Below, piece by piece: positions 52,000-64,000 of a DNA stretch of 64,000 bases. Below the pieces are notes generated by a model. That model was given only the letters and a program-made list of their open reading frames with translations, did no database searches and had not been told where the DNA came from. The first letter of the stretch is position 1. Each line of letters begins with the position of its first letter. This DNA is from the human T2T-CHM13v2.0 reference genome, Homo sapiens: the NCBI RefSeq assembly GCF_009914755.1, contig NC_060942.1. One strand, written 5' to 3'. The position numbers and the translations under genes were made by a program.

Positions 52000-54900
52000 T
52001 TTGGAAAGCTCTTTATGTGGAATCTGCAGATGGATATTCGGATAGCTCTGAGGATTTCGTTGGAGACGGGAATACATAAAGAAAGTAGACAGCAGCATTC
52101 TCGGGAGATTCTTTGTGATGTTTGCTTTGAAGTCACAGAGTTGAATATTCCCTTCAATAGAGCAGGTTTGAAACACTCTTTCCGTAGTATCTGGAAGTGG
52201 ACATTTCGATCGATTTCAGGCCTATGTTGAAAAAGGAAATATCTTAACATAAAAACTAGACAGAAGCATTCTCAGAAACGTCTTTGTGATGTGTGTCCTC
52301 AACTAACAGAGTTCAACCTTTCTTATGATACAGCAGTTGGGAAACACTCTTTTTATAGAATTTGCAAGTTGATACATGGATAGCCCTAACTATTTCGTTG
52401 GAAACGGGAATATCTTCACATAAAACCTAGACAGAAGCACTCTCAGAAACTACTTTGTGATATCTGCATTGATATCAGAGAGTTGAATATTCCCCTTCTA
52501 AGGGCAGGCTTGAAAGCGTCTTTTCGTGGAATCTGCAGGAGGGTATTTGGATAGCTTTGAGGGTTACGTTGGAAACGGGATTACATGTACAAAGCAGACA
52601 GCAGCATTCTCAGAAGCTGCTTTATGATGTTTGCTATCAAGTCACAGAGTTGAACGTTCCCTTTCATAGAGCAGGTTTCAAACCGTCTTTCTGCAGTATC
52701 TGGAAGTGGACATTTCGAGCGCTGTCAGGCCTATGGTGAACAAGGAAATATCTTCCCATGCAAACTAGACAGAAGCATTCGCAGAAACTTGTTTGTGATG
52801 TGTGTCCTCAACTCACAGAGTTGAACATTTCGTTTGACAGAGCAGTTTGGAAACACGATTTTTGTAGAATCTGCAAGTGGATATTTGGATGGCTTTGTGG
52901 ATTTCGTTGGAAACGGGAGTATCTTCATAGAAAACCTAGACAGTAACATTCTCAGAAACGGCTTTGTGATATCCGCATTCACGTCACAGAGTTGAACATT
53001 CCCTTTCATAGAGCAGGTTTGAAACACCCTTTCTGAAGTATCTGGATGTGGGCACTTGGAGCTCTTGGACGCTTATGGTGAAAAAGGAAATATCGTCCCA
53101 TAAAACCTAGACAGAAGCATTCTCACAAACTGCTTTGTGACGTATGTCGTCAGCTAACAGAGTTGAGCATTTCTATTCACAGAGCAGTTTTGAAAGACTC
53201 TTTTGGAGTATCTGCTAGTGGATATGTGGAGAGCTTTAAGGATTTCACTGGAAACCGGAATATCTTCAGGTAAAAGCTAGACAGAGGCATTCTCAGAAAC
53301 TTCTTTGTAATGTGTGTCCTCAACTAACAGTGTACAACCTATCTTTTGATACAGCACGTTGGAAACACTCTTTTTATAGAATCTGCAAGTGGATATTTGG
53401 ATAGCTCTAACGATTTCGTTGGAAACGGGAATACCTTCATATAAAATCTAGACAGTGGCACTCGCAGAAACTGCTTTGTGATATCTGCATTCAAGCCACA
53501 GAGTTGAACATTTCCCTTCCTAAAGCAGGTTTGAAACACTCTTTCTGTCGTATCTGGAAGTGGACATTTGGAGCACTTTGACGCCTTTGGTGAAAAAGGA
53601 AATGTCTTCCCATCAAAACTAGACAGAAGCATTCTAAGAAACATTTTTGGGATATATGTACTCAACTAACAGAGTTGAACCTTTCTCTTTATAGATCAGT
53701 TTTGGAAAGCTCTTTATGTGGAATCTGCAGATGGATATTCGGATAGCTCTGAGGATTTCGTTGGAGACGGGAATACATAAAGAAACTAGACAGCAGCATT
53801 CTCGGGAGATTCTTTGTGATGTTTGCTTTTCAGTCACAGAGTTGAATATTCCCTTCAATAGAGCAGGTTTGAAACACTCTTTCCGTAGTATCTGGAAGTG
53901 GACATTTCGATCGATTTCAGGCCTATGTTGAAAAAGGAAATATCTTAACATAAAAACTAGACAGAAGCATTCTCAGAAACGTCTTTGTGATGTGTGTCCT
54001 CAACTAACAGAGTTCAACCTTTCTTATGATACAGCAGTTGGGAAACACTCTTTTTATAGAATTTGCAAGTTGATACATGGATAGCCCTAACTATTTCGTT
54101 GGAAACGGGAATATCTTCACATAAAACCTAGACAGAAGCACTCTGAGAAACTACTTTGTGATATCTGCATTGATATCAGAGAGTTGAATATTCCCTTTCT
54201 AAGGGCAGGCTTGAAAGCGTCTTTTCGTGGAATCTGCAGGAGGATATTTGGATAGCTTTGAGGGTTACGTTGGAAACGGGATTACATGTACAAAGTAGAC
54301 AGCAGCATTCTCAGAAGCTTCTTTATGATGTTTGCTTTCAAGTCACACAGTTGAACGTTCCCTTTCATAGAGCAGGTTTGAAACCCTCTTTCTGCAGTAT
54401 CTGGAAGTGGACATTTCGAGCGCTTTCAGGCCTATGGTGAACAAGGAAATATCTTCCCATGCAAACTAGACAGAAGCATTCGCAGAAACTTGTTTGTGAT
54501 GTGTGTCCTCAACTCACAGAGTTGAACATTTCGTTTGACAGAGCAGTTTGGAAACACGATTTTTGTAGAATCTGCAAGTGGATATTTGGATGGCTTTGTG
54601 GATTTCGTTGGAAACGGGAGTATCTTCATAGAAAACCTAGACAGTAACATTCTCAGAAACGGCTTTGTGATATCCGCATTCACGTCACAGAGTTGAACAT
54701 TCCCTTTCATAGAGCAGGTTTGAAACACCCTTTCTGAAGTATCTGGATGTGGGCACTTGGAGCTCTTGGACGCTTATGGTGAAAAAGGAAATATCGTCCC
54801 ATAAAACCTAGACAGAAGCATTCTCACAAACTGCTTTGTGACGTATGTCGTCAGCTAACAGAGTTGAGCATTTCTATTCACAGAGCAGTTTTCAAAGACT

Positions 54901-57900
54901 CTTTTGGAGTATCTGCTAGTGGATATGTGGAGAGCTTTAAGGATTTCACTGGAAACCGGAATATCTTCAGGTAAAATCTAGACAGAGGCATTCTCAGAAA
55001 CTTCTTTGTAATGTGTGTCCTCAACTAACAGTGTACAACCTATCTTTTGATACAGCACGTTGGAAACACTCTTTTTATAGAATCTGCAAGTGGATATTTG
55101 GATAGCTCTAACGATTTCGTTGGAAACGGGAATACCTTCATATAAAATCTAGACAGTGGCACTCGCAGAAACTGCTTTGTGATATCTGCATTCAAGCCAC
55201 AGAGTTGAACATTTCCCTTCCTAAAGCAGGTTTGAAACACTCTTTCTGTCGTATCTGGAAGTGGACATTTGGAGCACTTTGACGCCTTTGGTGAAAAAGG
55301 AAATGTCTTCCCATCAAAACTAGACAGAAGCATTCTAAGAAACATTTTTGGGATATATGTACTCAACTAACAGAGTTGAACCTTTCTCTTTATAGATCAG
55401 TTTTGGAAAGCTCTTTATGTGGAATCTGCAGATGGATATTCGGATAGCTCTGAGGATTTCGTTGGAGACGGGAATACATAAAGAAAGTAGACAGCAGCAT
55501 TCTCGGGAGATTCTTTGTGATGTTTGCTTTGAAGTCACAGAGTTGAATATTCCCTTCAATAGAGCAGGTTTGAAACACTCTTTCCGTAGTATCTGGAAGT
55601 GGACATTTCGATCGATTTCAGGCCTATGTTGAAAAAGGAAATATCTTAACATAAAAACTAGACAGAAGCATTCTCAGAAACGTCTTTGTGATGTGTGTCC
55701 TCAACTAACAGAGTTCAACCTTTCTTATGATACAGCAGTTGGGAAACACTCTTTTTATAGAATTTGCAAGTTGATACATGGATAGCCCTAACTATTTCGT
55801 TGGAAACGGGAATATCTTCACATAAAACCTAGACAGAAGCACTCTCAGAAACTACTTTGTGATATCTGCATTGATATCAGAGAGTTGAATATTCCCCTTC
55901 TAAGGGCAGGCTTGAAAGCGTCTTTTCGTGGAATCTGCAGGAGGGTATTTGGATAGCTTTGAGGGTTACGTTGGAAACGGGATTACATGTACAAAGCAGA
56001 CAGCAGCATTCTCAGAAGCTGCTTTATGATGTTTGCTATCAAGTCACAGAGTTGAACGTTCCCTTTCATAGAGCAGGTTTCAAACCCTCTTTCTGCAGTA
56101 TCTGGAAGTGGACATTTCGAGCGCTGTCAGGCCTATGGTGAACAAGGAAATATCTTCCCATGCAAACTAGACAGAAGCATTCGCAGAAACTTGTTTGTGA
56201 TGTGTGTCCTCAACTCACAGAGTTGAACATTTCGTTTGACAGAGCAGTTTGGAAACACGATTTTTGTAGAATCTGCAAGTGGATATTTGGATGGCTTTGT
56301 GGATTTCGTTGGAAACGGGAGTATCTTCATAGAAAACCTAGACAGTAACATTCTCAGAAACGGCTTTGTGATATCCGCATTCACGTCACAGAGTTGAACA
56401 TTCCCTTTCATAGAGCAGGTTTGAAACACCCTTTCTGAAGTATCTGGATGTGGGCACTTGGAGCTCTTGGACGCTTATGGTGAAAAAGGAAATATCGTCC
56501 CATAAAACCTAGACAGAAGCATTCTCACAAACTGCTTTGTGACGTATGTCGTCAGCTAACAGAGTTGAGCATTTCTATTCACAGAGCAGTTTTGAAAGAC
56601 TCTTTTGGAGTATCTGCTAGTGGATATGTGGAGAGCTTTAAGGATTTCACTGGAAACCGGAATATCTTCAGGTAAAAGCTAGACAGAGGCATTCTCAGAA
56701 ACTTCTTTGTAATGTGTGTCCTCAACTAACAGTGTACAACCTATCTTTTGATACAGCACGTTGGAAACACTCTTTTTATAGAATCTGCAAGTGGATATTT
56801 GGATAGCTCTAACGATTTCGTTGGAAACGGGAATACCTTCATATAAAATCTAGACAGTGGCACTCGCAGAAACTGCTTTGTGATATCTGCATTCAAGCCA
56901 CAGAGTTGAACATTTCCCTTCCTAAAGCAGGTTTGAAACACTCTTTCTGTCGTATCTGGAAGTGGACATTTGGAGCACTTTGACGCCTTTGGTGAAAAAG
57001 GAAATGTCTTCCCATCAAAACTAGACAGAAGCATTCTAAGAAACATTTTTGGGATATATGTACTCAACTAACAGAGTTGAACCTTTCTCTTTATAGATCA
57101 GTTTTGGAAAGCTCTTTATGTGGAATCTGCAGATGGATATTCGGATAGCTCTGAGGATTTCGTTGGAGACGGGAATACATAAAGAAACTAGACAGCAGCA
57201 TTCTCGGGAGATTCTTTGTGATGTTTGCTTTTCAGTCACAGAGTTGAATATTCCCTTCAATAGAGCAGGTTTGAAACACTCTTTCCGTAGTATCTGGAAG
57301 TGGACATTTCGATCGATTTCAGGCCTATGTTGAAAAAGGAAATATCTTAACATAAAAACTAGACAGAAGCATTCTCAGAAACGTCTTTGTGATGTGTGTC
57401 CTCAACTAACAGAGTTCAACCTTTCTTATGATACAGCAGTTGGGAAACACTCTTTTTATAGAATTTGCAAGTTGATACATGGATAGCCCTAACTATTTCG
57501 TTGGAAACGGGAATATCTTCACATAAAACCTAGACAGAAGCACTCTCAGAAACTACTTTGTGATATCTGCATTGATATCAGAGAGTTGAATATTCCCTTT
57601 CTAAGGGCAGGCTTGAAAGCGTCTTTTCGTGGAATCTGCAGGAGGATATTTGGATAGCTTTGAGGGTTACGTTGGAAACGGGATTACATGTACAAAGTAG
57701 ACAGCAGCATTCTCAGAAGCTTCTTTATGATGTTTGCGTTCAAGTCACACAGTTGAACGTTCCCTTTCATAGAGCAGGTTTGAAACCCTCTTTCTGCAGT
57801 ATCTGGAAGTGGACATTTCGAGCGCTTTCAGGCCTATGGTGAACAAGGAAATATCTTCCCATGCAAACTAGACAGAAGCATTCGCAGAAACTTGTTTGTG

Positions 57901-58800
57901 ATGTGTGTCCTCAACTCACAGAGTTGAACATTTCGTTTGACAGAGCAGTTTGGAAACACGATTTTTGTAGAATCTGCAAGTGGATATTTGGATGGCTTTG
58001 TGGATTTCGTTGGAAACGGGAGTATCTTCATAGAAAACCTAGACAGTAACATTCTCAGAAACGGCTTTGTGATATCCGCATTCACGTCACAGAGTTGAAC
58101 ATTCCCTTTCATAGAGCAGGTTTGAAACACCCTTTCTGAAGTATCTGGATGTGGGCACTTGGAGCTCTTGGACGCTTATGGTGAAAAAGGAAATATCGTC
58201 CCATAAAACCTAGACAGAAGCATTCTCACAAACTGCTTTGTGACGTATGTCGTCAGCTAACAGAGTTGAGCATTTCTATTCACAGAGCAGTTTTCAAAGA
58301 CTCTTTTGGAGTATCTGCTAGTGGATATGTGGAGAGCTTTAAGGATTTCACTGGAAACCGGAATATCTTCAGGTAAAATCTAGACAGAGGCATTCTCAGA
58401 AACTTCTTTGTAATGTGTGTCCTCAACTAACAGTGTACAACCTATCTTTTGATACAGCACGTTGGAAACACTCTTTTTATAGAATCTGCAAGTGGATATT
58501 TGGATAGCTCTAACGATTTCGTTGGAAACGGGAATACCTTCATATAAAATCTAGACAGTGGCACTCGCAGAAACTGCTTTGTGATATCTGCATTCAAGCC
58601 ACAGAGTTGAACATTTCCCTTCCTAAAGCAGGTTTGAAACACTCTTTCTGTCGTATCTGGAAGTGGACATTTGGAGCACTTTGACGCCTTTGGTGAAAAA
58701 GGAAATGTCTTCCCATCAAAACTAGACAGAAGCATTCTAAGAAACATTTTTGGGATATATGTACTCAACTAACAGAGTTGAACCTTTCTCTTTATAGATC
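52000..58800 (+). repeat. Tandem duplication of a 2-HOR (3402-bp) block
   Basis: GAGGGTATTT, TGCTATCAA, TAAAAGCTAG, GGTTTGAAACCCTC and TTTTCAAAGAC recur at +3402. Confidence 0.87.
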
Positions 58801-61800
58801 AGTTTTGGAAAGCTCTTTATGTGGAATCTGCAGATGGATATTCGGATAGCTCTGAGGATTTCGTTGGAGACGGGAATACATAAAGAAACTAGACAGCAGC
58901 ATTCTCGGGAGATTCTTTGTGATGTTTGCTTTGAAGTCACAGAGTTGAATATTCCCTTCAATAGAGCAGGTTTGAAACACTCTTTCCGTAGTATCTGGAA
59001 GTGGACATTTCGATCGATTTCAGGCCTATGTTGAAAAAGGAAATATCTTAACATAAAAACTAGACAGAAGCATTCTCAGAAACGTCTTTGTGATGTGTGT
59101 CCTCAACTAACAGAGTTCAACCTTTCTTATGATACAGCAGTTGGGAAACACTCTTTTTATAGAATTTGCAAGTTGATACATGGATAGCCCTAACTATTTC
59201 GTTGGAAACGGGAATATCTTCACATAAAACCTAGACAGAAGCACTCTCAGAAACTACTTTGTGATATCTGCATTGATATCAGAGAGTTGAATATTCCCTT
59301 TCTAAGGGCAGGCTTGAAAGCGTCTTTTCGTGGAATCTGCAGGAGGATATTTGGATAGCTTTGAGGGTTACGTTGGAAACGGGATTACATGTACAAAGTA
59401 GACAGCAGCATTCTCAGAAGCTTCTTTATGATGTTTGCGTTCAAGTCACACAGTTGAACGTTCCCTTTCATAGAGCAGGTTTCAAACCCTCTTTCTGCAG
59501 TATCTGGAAGTGGACATTTCGAGCGCTTTCAGGCCTATGGTGAACAAGGAAATATCTTCCCATGCAAACTAGACAGAAGCATTCGCAGAAACTTGTTTGT
59601 GATGTGTGTCCTCAACTCACAGAGTTGAACATTTCGTTTGACAGAGCAGTTTGGAAACACGATTTTTGTAGAATCTGCAAGTGGATATTTGGATGGCTTT
59701 GTGGATTTCGTTGGAAACGGGAGTATCTTCATAGAAAACCTAGACAGTAACATTCTCAGAAACGGCTTTGTGATATCCGCATTCACGTCACAGAGTTGAA
59801 CATTCCCTTTCATAGAGCAGGTTTGAAACACCCTTTCTGAAGTATCTGGATGTGGGCACTTGGAGCTCTTGGACGCTTATGGTGAAAAAGGAAATATCGT
59901 CCCATAAAACCTAGACAGAAGCATTCTCACAAACTGCTTTGTGACGTATGTCGTCAGCTAACAGAGTTGAGCATTTCTATTCACAGAGCAGTTTTCAAAG
60001 ACTCTTTTGGAGTATCTGCTAGTGGATATGTGGAGAGCTTTAAGGATTTCACTGGAAACCGGAATATCTTCAGGTAAAATCTAGACAGAGGCATTCTCAG
60101 AAACTTCTTTGTAATGTGTGTCCTCAACTAACAGTGTACAACCTATCTTTTGATACAGCACGTTGGAAACACTCTTTTTATAGAATCTGCAAGTGGATAT
60201 TTGGATAGCTCTAACGATTTCGTTGGAAACGGGAATACCTTCATATAAAATCTAGACAGTGGCACTCGCAGAAACTGCTTTGTGATATCTGCATTCAAGC
60301 CACAGAGTTGAACATTTCCCTTCCTAAAGCAGGTTTGAAACACTCTTTCTGTCGTATCTGGAAGTGGACATTTGGAGCACTTTGACGCCTTTGGTGAAAA
60401 AGGAAATGTCTTCCCATCAAAACTAGACAGAAGCATTCTAAGAAACATTTTTGGGATATATGTACTCAACTAACAGAGTTGAACCTTTCTCTTTATAGAT
60501 CAGTTTTGGAAAGCTCTTTATGTGGAATCTGCAGATGGATATTCGGATAGCTCTGAGGATTTCGTTGGAGACGGGAATACATAAAGAAACTAGACAGCAG
60601 CATTCTCGGGAGATTCTTTGTGATGTTTGCTTTGAAGTCACAGAGTTGAATATTCCCTTCAATAGAGCAGGTTTGAAACGCTCTTTCCGTAGTATCTGGA
60701 AGTGGACATTTCGATCGATTTCAGGCCTATGTTGAAAAAGGAAATATCTTAACATAAAAACTAGACAGAAGCATTCTCAGAAACGTCTTTGTGATGTGTG
60801 TCCTCAACTAACAGAGTTCAACCTTTCTTATGATACAGCAGTTGGGAAACACTCTTTTTATAGAATTTGCAAGTTGATACATGGATAGCCCTAACTATTT
60901 CGTTGGAAACGGGAATATCTTCACATAAAACCTAGACAGAAGCACTCTCAGAAACTACTTTGTGATATCTGCATTGATATCAGAGAGTTGAATATTCCCT
61001 TTCTAAGGGCAGGCTTGAAAGCGTCTTTTCGTGGAATCTGCAGGAGGATATTTGGATAGCTTTGAGGGTTACGTTGGAAACGGGATTACATGTACAAAGC
61101 AGACAGCAGCATTCTCAGAAGCTTCTTTATGATGTTTGCGTTCAAGTCACAGAGTTGAACGTTCCCTTTCATAGAGCAGGTTTCAAACCCTCTTTCTGCA
61201 GTATCTGGAAGTGGACATTTCGAGCGCTTTCAGGCCTATGGTGAACAAGGAAATATCTTCCCATGCAAACTAGACAGAAGCATTCGCAGAAACTTGTTTG
61301 TGATGTGTGTCCTCAACTCACAGAGTTGAACATTTCGTTTGACAGAGCAGTTTGGAAACACGATTTTTGTAGAATCTGCAAGTGGATATTTGGATGGCTT
61401 TGTGGATTTCGTTGGAAACGGGAGTATCTTCATAGACAACCTAGACAGTAACATTCTCAGAAACGGCTTTGTGATATCCGCATTCACGTCACAGAGTTGA
61501 ACATTCCCTTTCATAGAGCAGGTTTGAAACACCCTTTCTGAAGTATCTGGATGTGGGCACTTGGAGCTCTTGGACGCTTATGGTGAAAAAGGAAATATCG
61601 TCCCATAAAACCTAGACAGAAGCATTCTCACAAACTGCTTTGTGACGTATGTCGTCAGCTAACAGAGTTGAGCGTTTCTATTCACAGAGCAGTTTTGAAA
61701 GACTCTTTTGGAGTATCTGCTAGTGGATATGTGGAGAGCTTTAAGGATTTCACTGGAAACCGGAATGTCTTCAGGTAAAATCTAGACAGAGGCATTCTCA

Positions 61801-64000
61801 GAAACTTCTTTGTAATGTGTGTCCTCAACTAACAGTGTACAACCTATCTTTTGATACAGCACGTTGGAAACACTCTTTTTATAGAATCTGCAAGTGGATA
61901 TTTGGATAGCTCTAACGATTTCGTTGGAAACGGGAATACCTTCATATAAAATCTAGACAGTGGCACTCGCAGAAACTGCTTTGTGATATCTGCATTCAAG
62001 CCACAGAGTTGAACATTTCCCTTCCTAAAGCAGGTTTGAAACACTCTTTCTGTCGTATCTGGAAGTGGACATTTGGAGCACTTTGACGCCTTTGGTGAAA
62101 AAGGAAATGTCTTCCCATCAAAACTAGACAGAAGCATTCAAAGAAACATTTTTGGGATATATGTACTCAACTAACAGAGTTGAACCTTTCTCTTTATAGA
62201 TCAGTTTTGGAAAGCTCTTTATGTGGAATCTGCAGATGGATATTCGGATAGCTCTGAGGATTTCGTTGGAGACGGGAATACATAAAGAAACTAGACAGCA
62301 GCATTCTCGGGAGATTCTTTGTGATGTTTGCTTTGAAGTCACAGAGTTGAATATTCCCTTCAATAGAGCAGGTTTGAAACACTCTTTCCGTAGTATCTGG
62401 AAGTGGACATTTCGATCGATTTCAGGCCTATGTTGAAAAAGGAAATATCTTAACATAAAAACTAGACAGAAGCATTCTCAGAAACGTCTTTGTGATGTGT
62501 GTCCTCAACTAACAGAGTTCAACCTTTCTTATGATACAGCAGTTGGGAAACACTCTTTTTATAGAATTTGCAAGTTGATACATGGATAGCCCTAACTATT
62601 TCGTTGGAAACGGGAATATCTTCACATAAAACCTAGACAGAAGCACTCTCAGAAACTACTTTGTGATATCTGCATTGATATCAGAGAGTTGAATATTCCC
62701 TTTCTAAGGGCAGGCTTGAAAGCGTCTTTTCGTGGAATCTGCAGGAGGATATTTGGATAGCTTTGAGGGTTACGTTGGAAACGGGATTACATGTACAAAG
62801 CAGACAGCAGCATTCTCAGAAGCTTCTTTATGATGTTTGCGTTCAAGTCACAGAGTTGAACGTTCCGTTTCATAGAGCAGGTTTCAAACCTTCTTTCTGC
62901 AGTATCTGGAAGTGGACATTTCGAGCGCTTTCAGGCCTATGGTGAACAAGGAAATATCTTCCCATGCAAACTAGACAGAAGCATTCGCAGAAACTTGTTT
63001 GTGATGTGTGTCCTCAACTCACAGAGTTGAACATTTCGTTTGACAGAGCAGTTTGGAAACACGATTTTTGTAGAATCTGCAAGTGGATATTTGGATGGCT
63101 TTGTGGATTTCGTTGGAAACGGGAGTATCTTCATAGAAAACCTAGACAGTAACATTCTCAGAAACGGCTTTGTGATATCCGCATTCACGTCACAGAGTTG
63201 AACATTCCCTTTCATAGAGCAGGTTTGAAACACCCTTTCTGAAGTATCTGGATGTGGGCACTTGGAGCTCTTGGACGCTTATGGTGAAAAAGGAAATATC
63301 GTCCCATAAAACCTAGACAGAAGCATTCTCACAAACTGCTTTGTGACGTATGTCGTCAGCTAACAGAGTTGAGCATTTCTATTCACAGAGCAGTTTTCAA
63401 AGACTCTTTTGGAGTATCTGCTAGTGGATATGTGGAGAGCTTTAAGGATTTCACTGGAAACCGGAATATCTTCAGGTAAAATCTAGACAGAGGCATTCTC
63501 AGAAACTTCTTTGTAATGTGTGTCCTCAACTAACAGTGTACAACCTATCTTTTGATACAGCACGTTGGAAACACTCTTTTTATAGAATCTGCAAGTGGAT
63601 ATTTGGATAGCTCTAACGATTTCGTTGGAAACGGGAATCCCTTCATATAAAATCTAGACAGTGGCACTCGCAGAAACTGCTTTGTGATATCTGCATTCAA
63701 GCCACAGAGTTGAACATTTCCCTTCCTAAAGCAGGTTTGAAACACTCTTTCTGTCGTATCTGGAAGTGGACATTTGGAGCACTTTGACGCCTTTGGTGAA
63801 AAAGGAAATGTCTTCCCATCAAAACTAGACAGAAGCATTCTAAGAAACATTTTTGGGATATATGTACTCAACTAACAGAGTTGAACCTTTCTCTTTATAG
63901 ATCAGTTTTGGAAAGCTCTTTATGTGGAATCTGCAGATGGATATTCGGATAGCTCTGAGGATTTCGTTGGAGACGGGAATACATAAAGAAACTAGACAGC

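Larger units (their letters stand above)
1..64000 (+). repeat. Alpha-satellite HOR array, 10-mer (1701 bp) x ~37.6 copies, SF2 (D1/D2)-type; probably human D18Z2
   Basis: ~171-bp monomers start CA(T/C)TC(T/G)C and end AGACAG. The ORF track recurs every 1701 bp (32, 1733, 3434 ... 37454), with only four shorter steps (1699, 1700, 1700, 1700). SF2-like motifs GGATTTCGTTGGAAACGGGAATATCTTC and TATCTGGAAGTGGACATTT are present. There is one AAGCTT per canonical unit. Alpha-satellite identity is certain; the locus name is inference. Confidence 0.99.

Noticed and set aside
5-63871. Over 200 ORFs of 60-110 aa on both strands (MFQTCSMKGNVQLC..., MQTRQKHSQKL..., etc.)
   Set aside because: They are chance open frames in alpha satellite. 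They recur with the 1701-bp period, overlap on both strands, resemble each other through the 171-bp monomer, and are broken freely by SNVs and indels.
176-64000. Regularly spaced conserved 17-mers resembling a CRISPR array
   Set aside because: The intervening sequences are homologous monomers rather than unique spacers, there are no cas genes, and the motif is the CENP-B box.

Overview
The whole 64 kb window is one uninterrupted, single-orientation primate centromeric alpha-satellite higher-order-repeat (HOR) array. It has about 37.6 copies of a 1701-bp unit made of 10 monomers (171,171,170,171,171,167,171,171,167,171 bp). Monomer signatures match suprachromosomal family 2 (D1/D2 type). A 10-mer 1.7-kb SF2 unit cut once by HindIII fits human chromosome 18 D18Z2; this is from recall and has not been aligned. 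I found no genes, RNA genes, transposons or CRISPR, and every ORF in the track is a repeat artefact. The interest is internal: (1) the monomer order is B-A-B*-B-A-B-A-B-B*-A, with 4 intact and 2 dead CENP-B boxes per unit; (2) one monomer is a chimera, exposing an older tetramer duplication inside the HOR; (3) both dead-box monomers carry a short hairpin in the same register; (4) there are three SNV-defined haplotype layers; (5) there are nested 1-, 2- and 4-HOR tandem duplications; (6) runs of copies have lost a CENP-B box; (7) one dense private mutation cluster occurs. Copies are numbered from position 1 (HOR1=1, HOR12=18712, HOR21=34021, HOR24=39122, HOR32=52727, HOR38=62933). All comparisons were made by eye. 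I see no support for a new protein-coding system.
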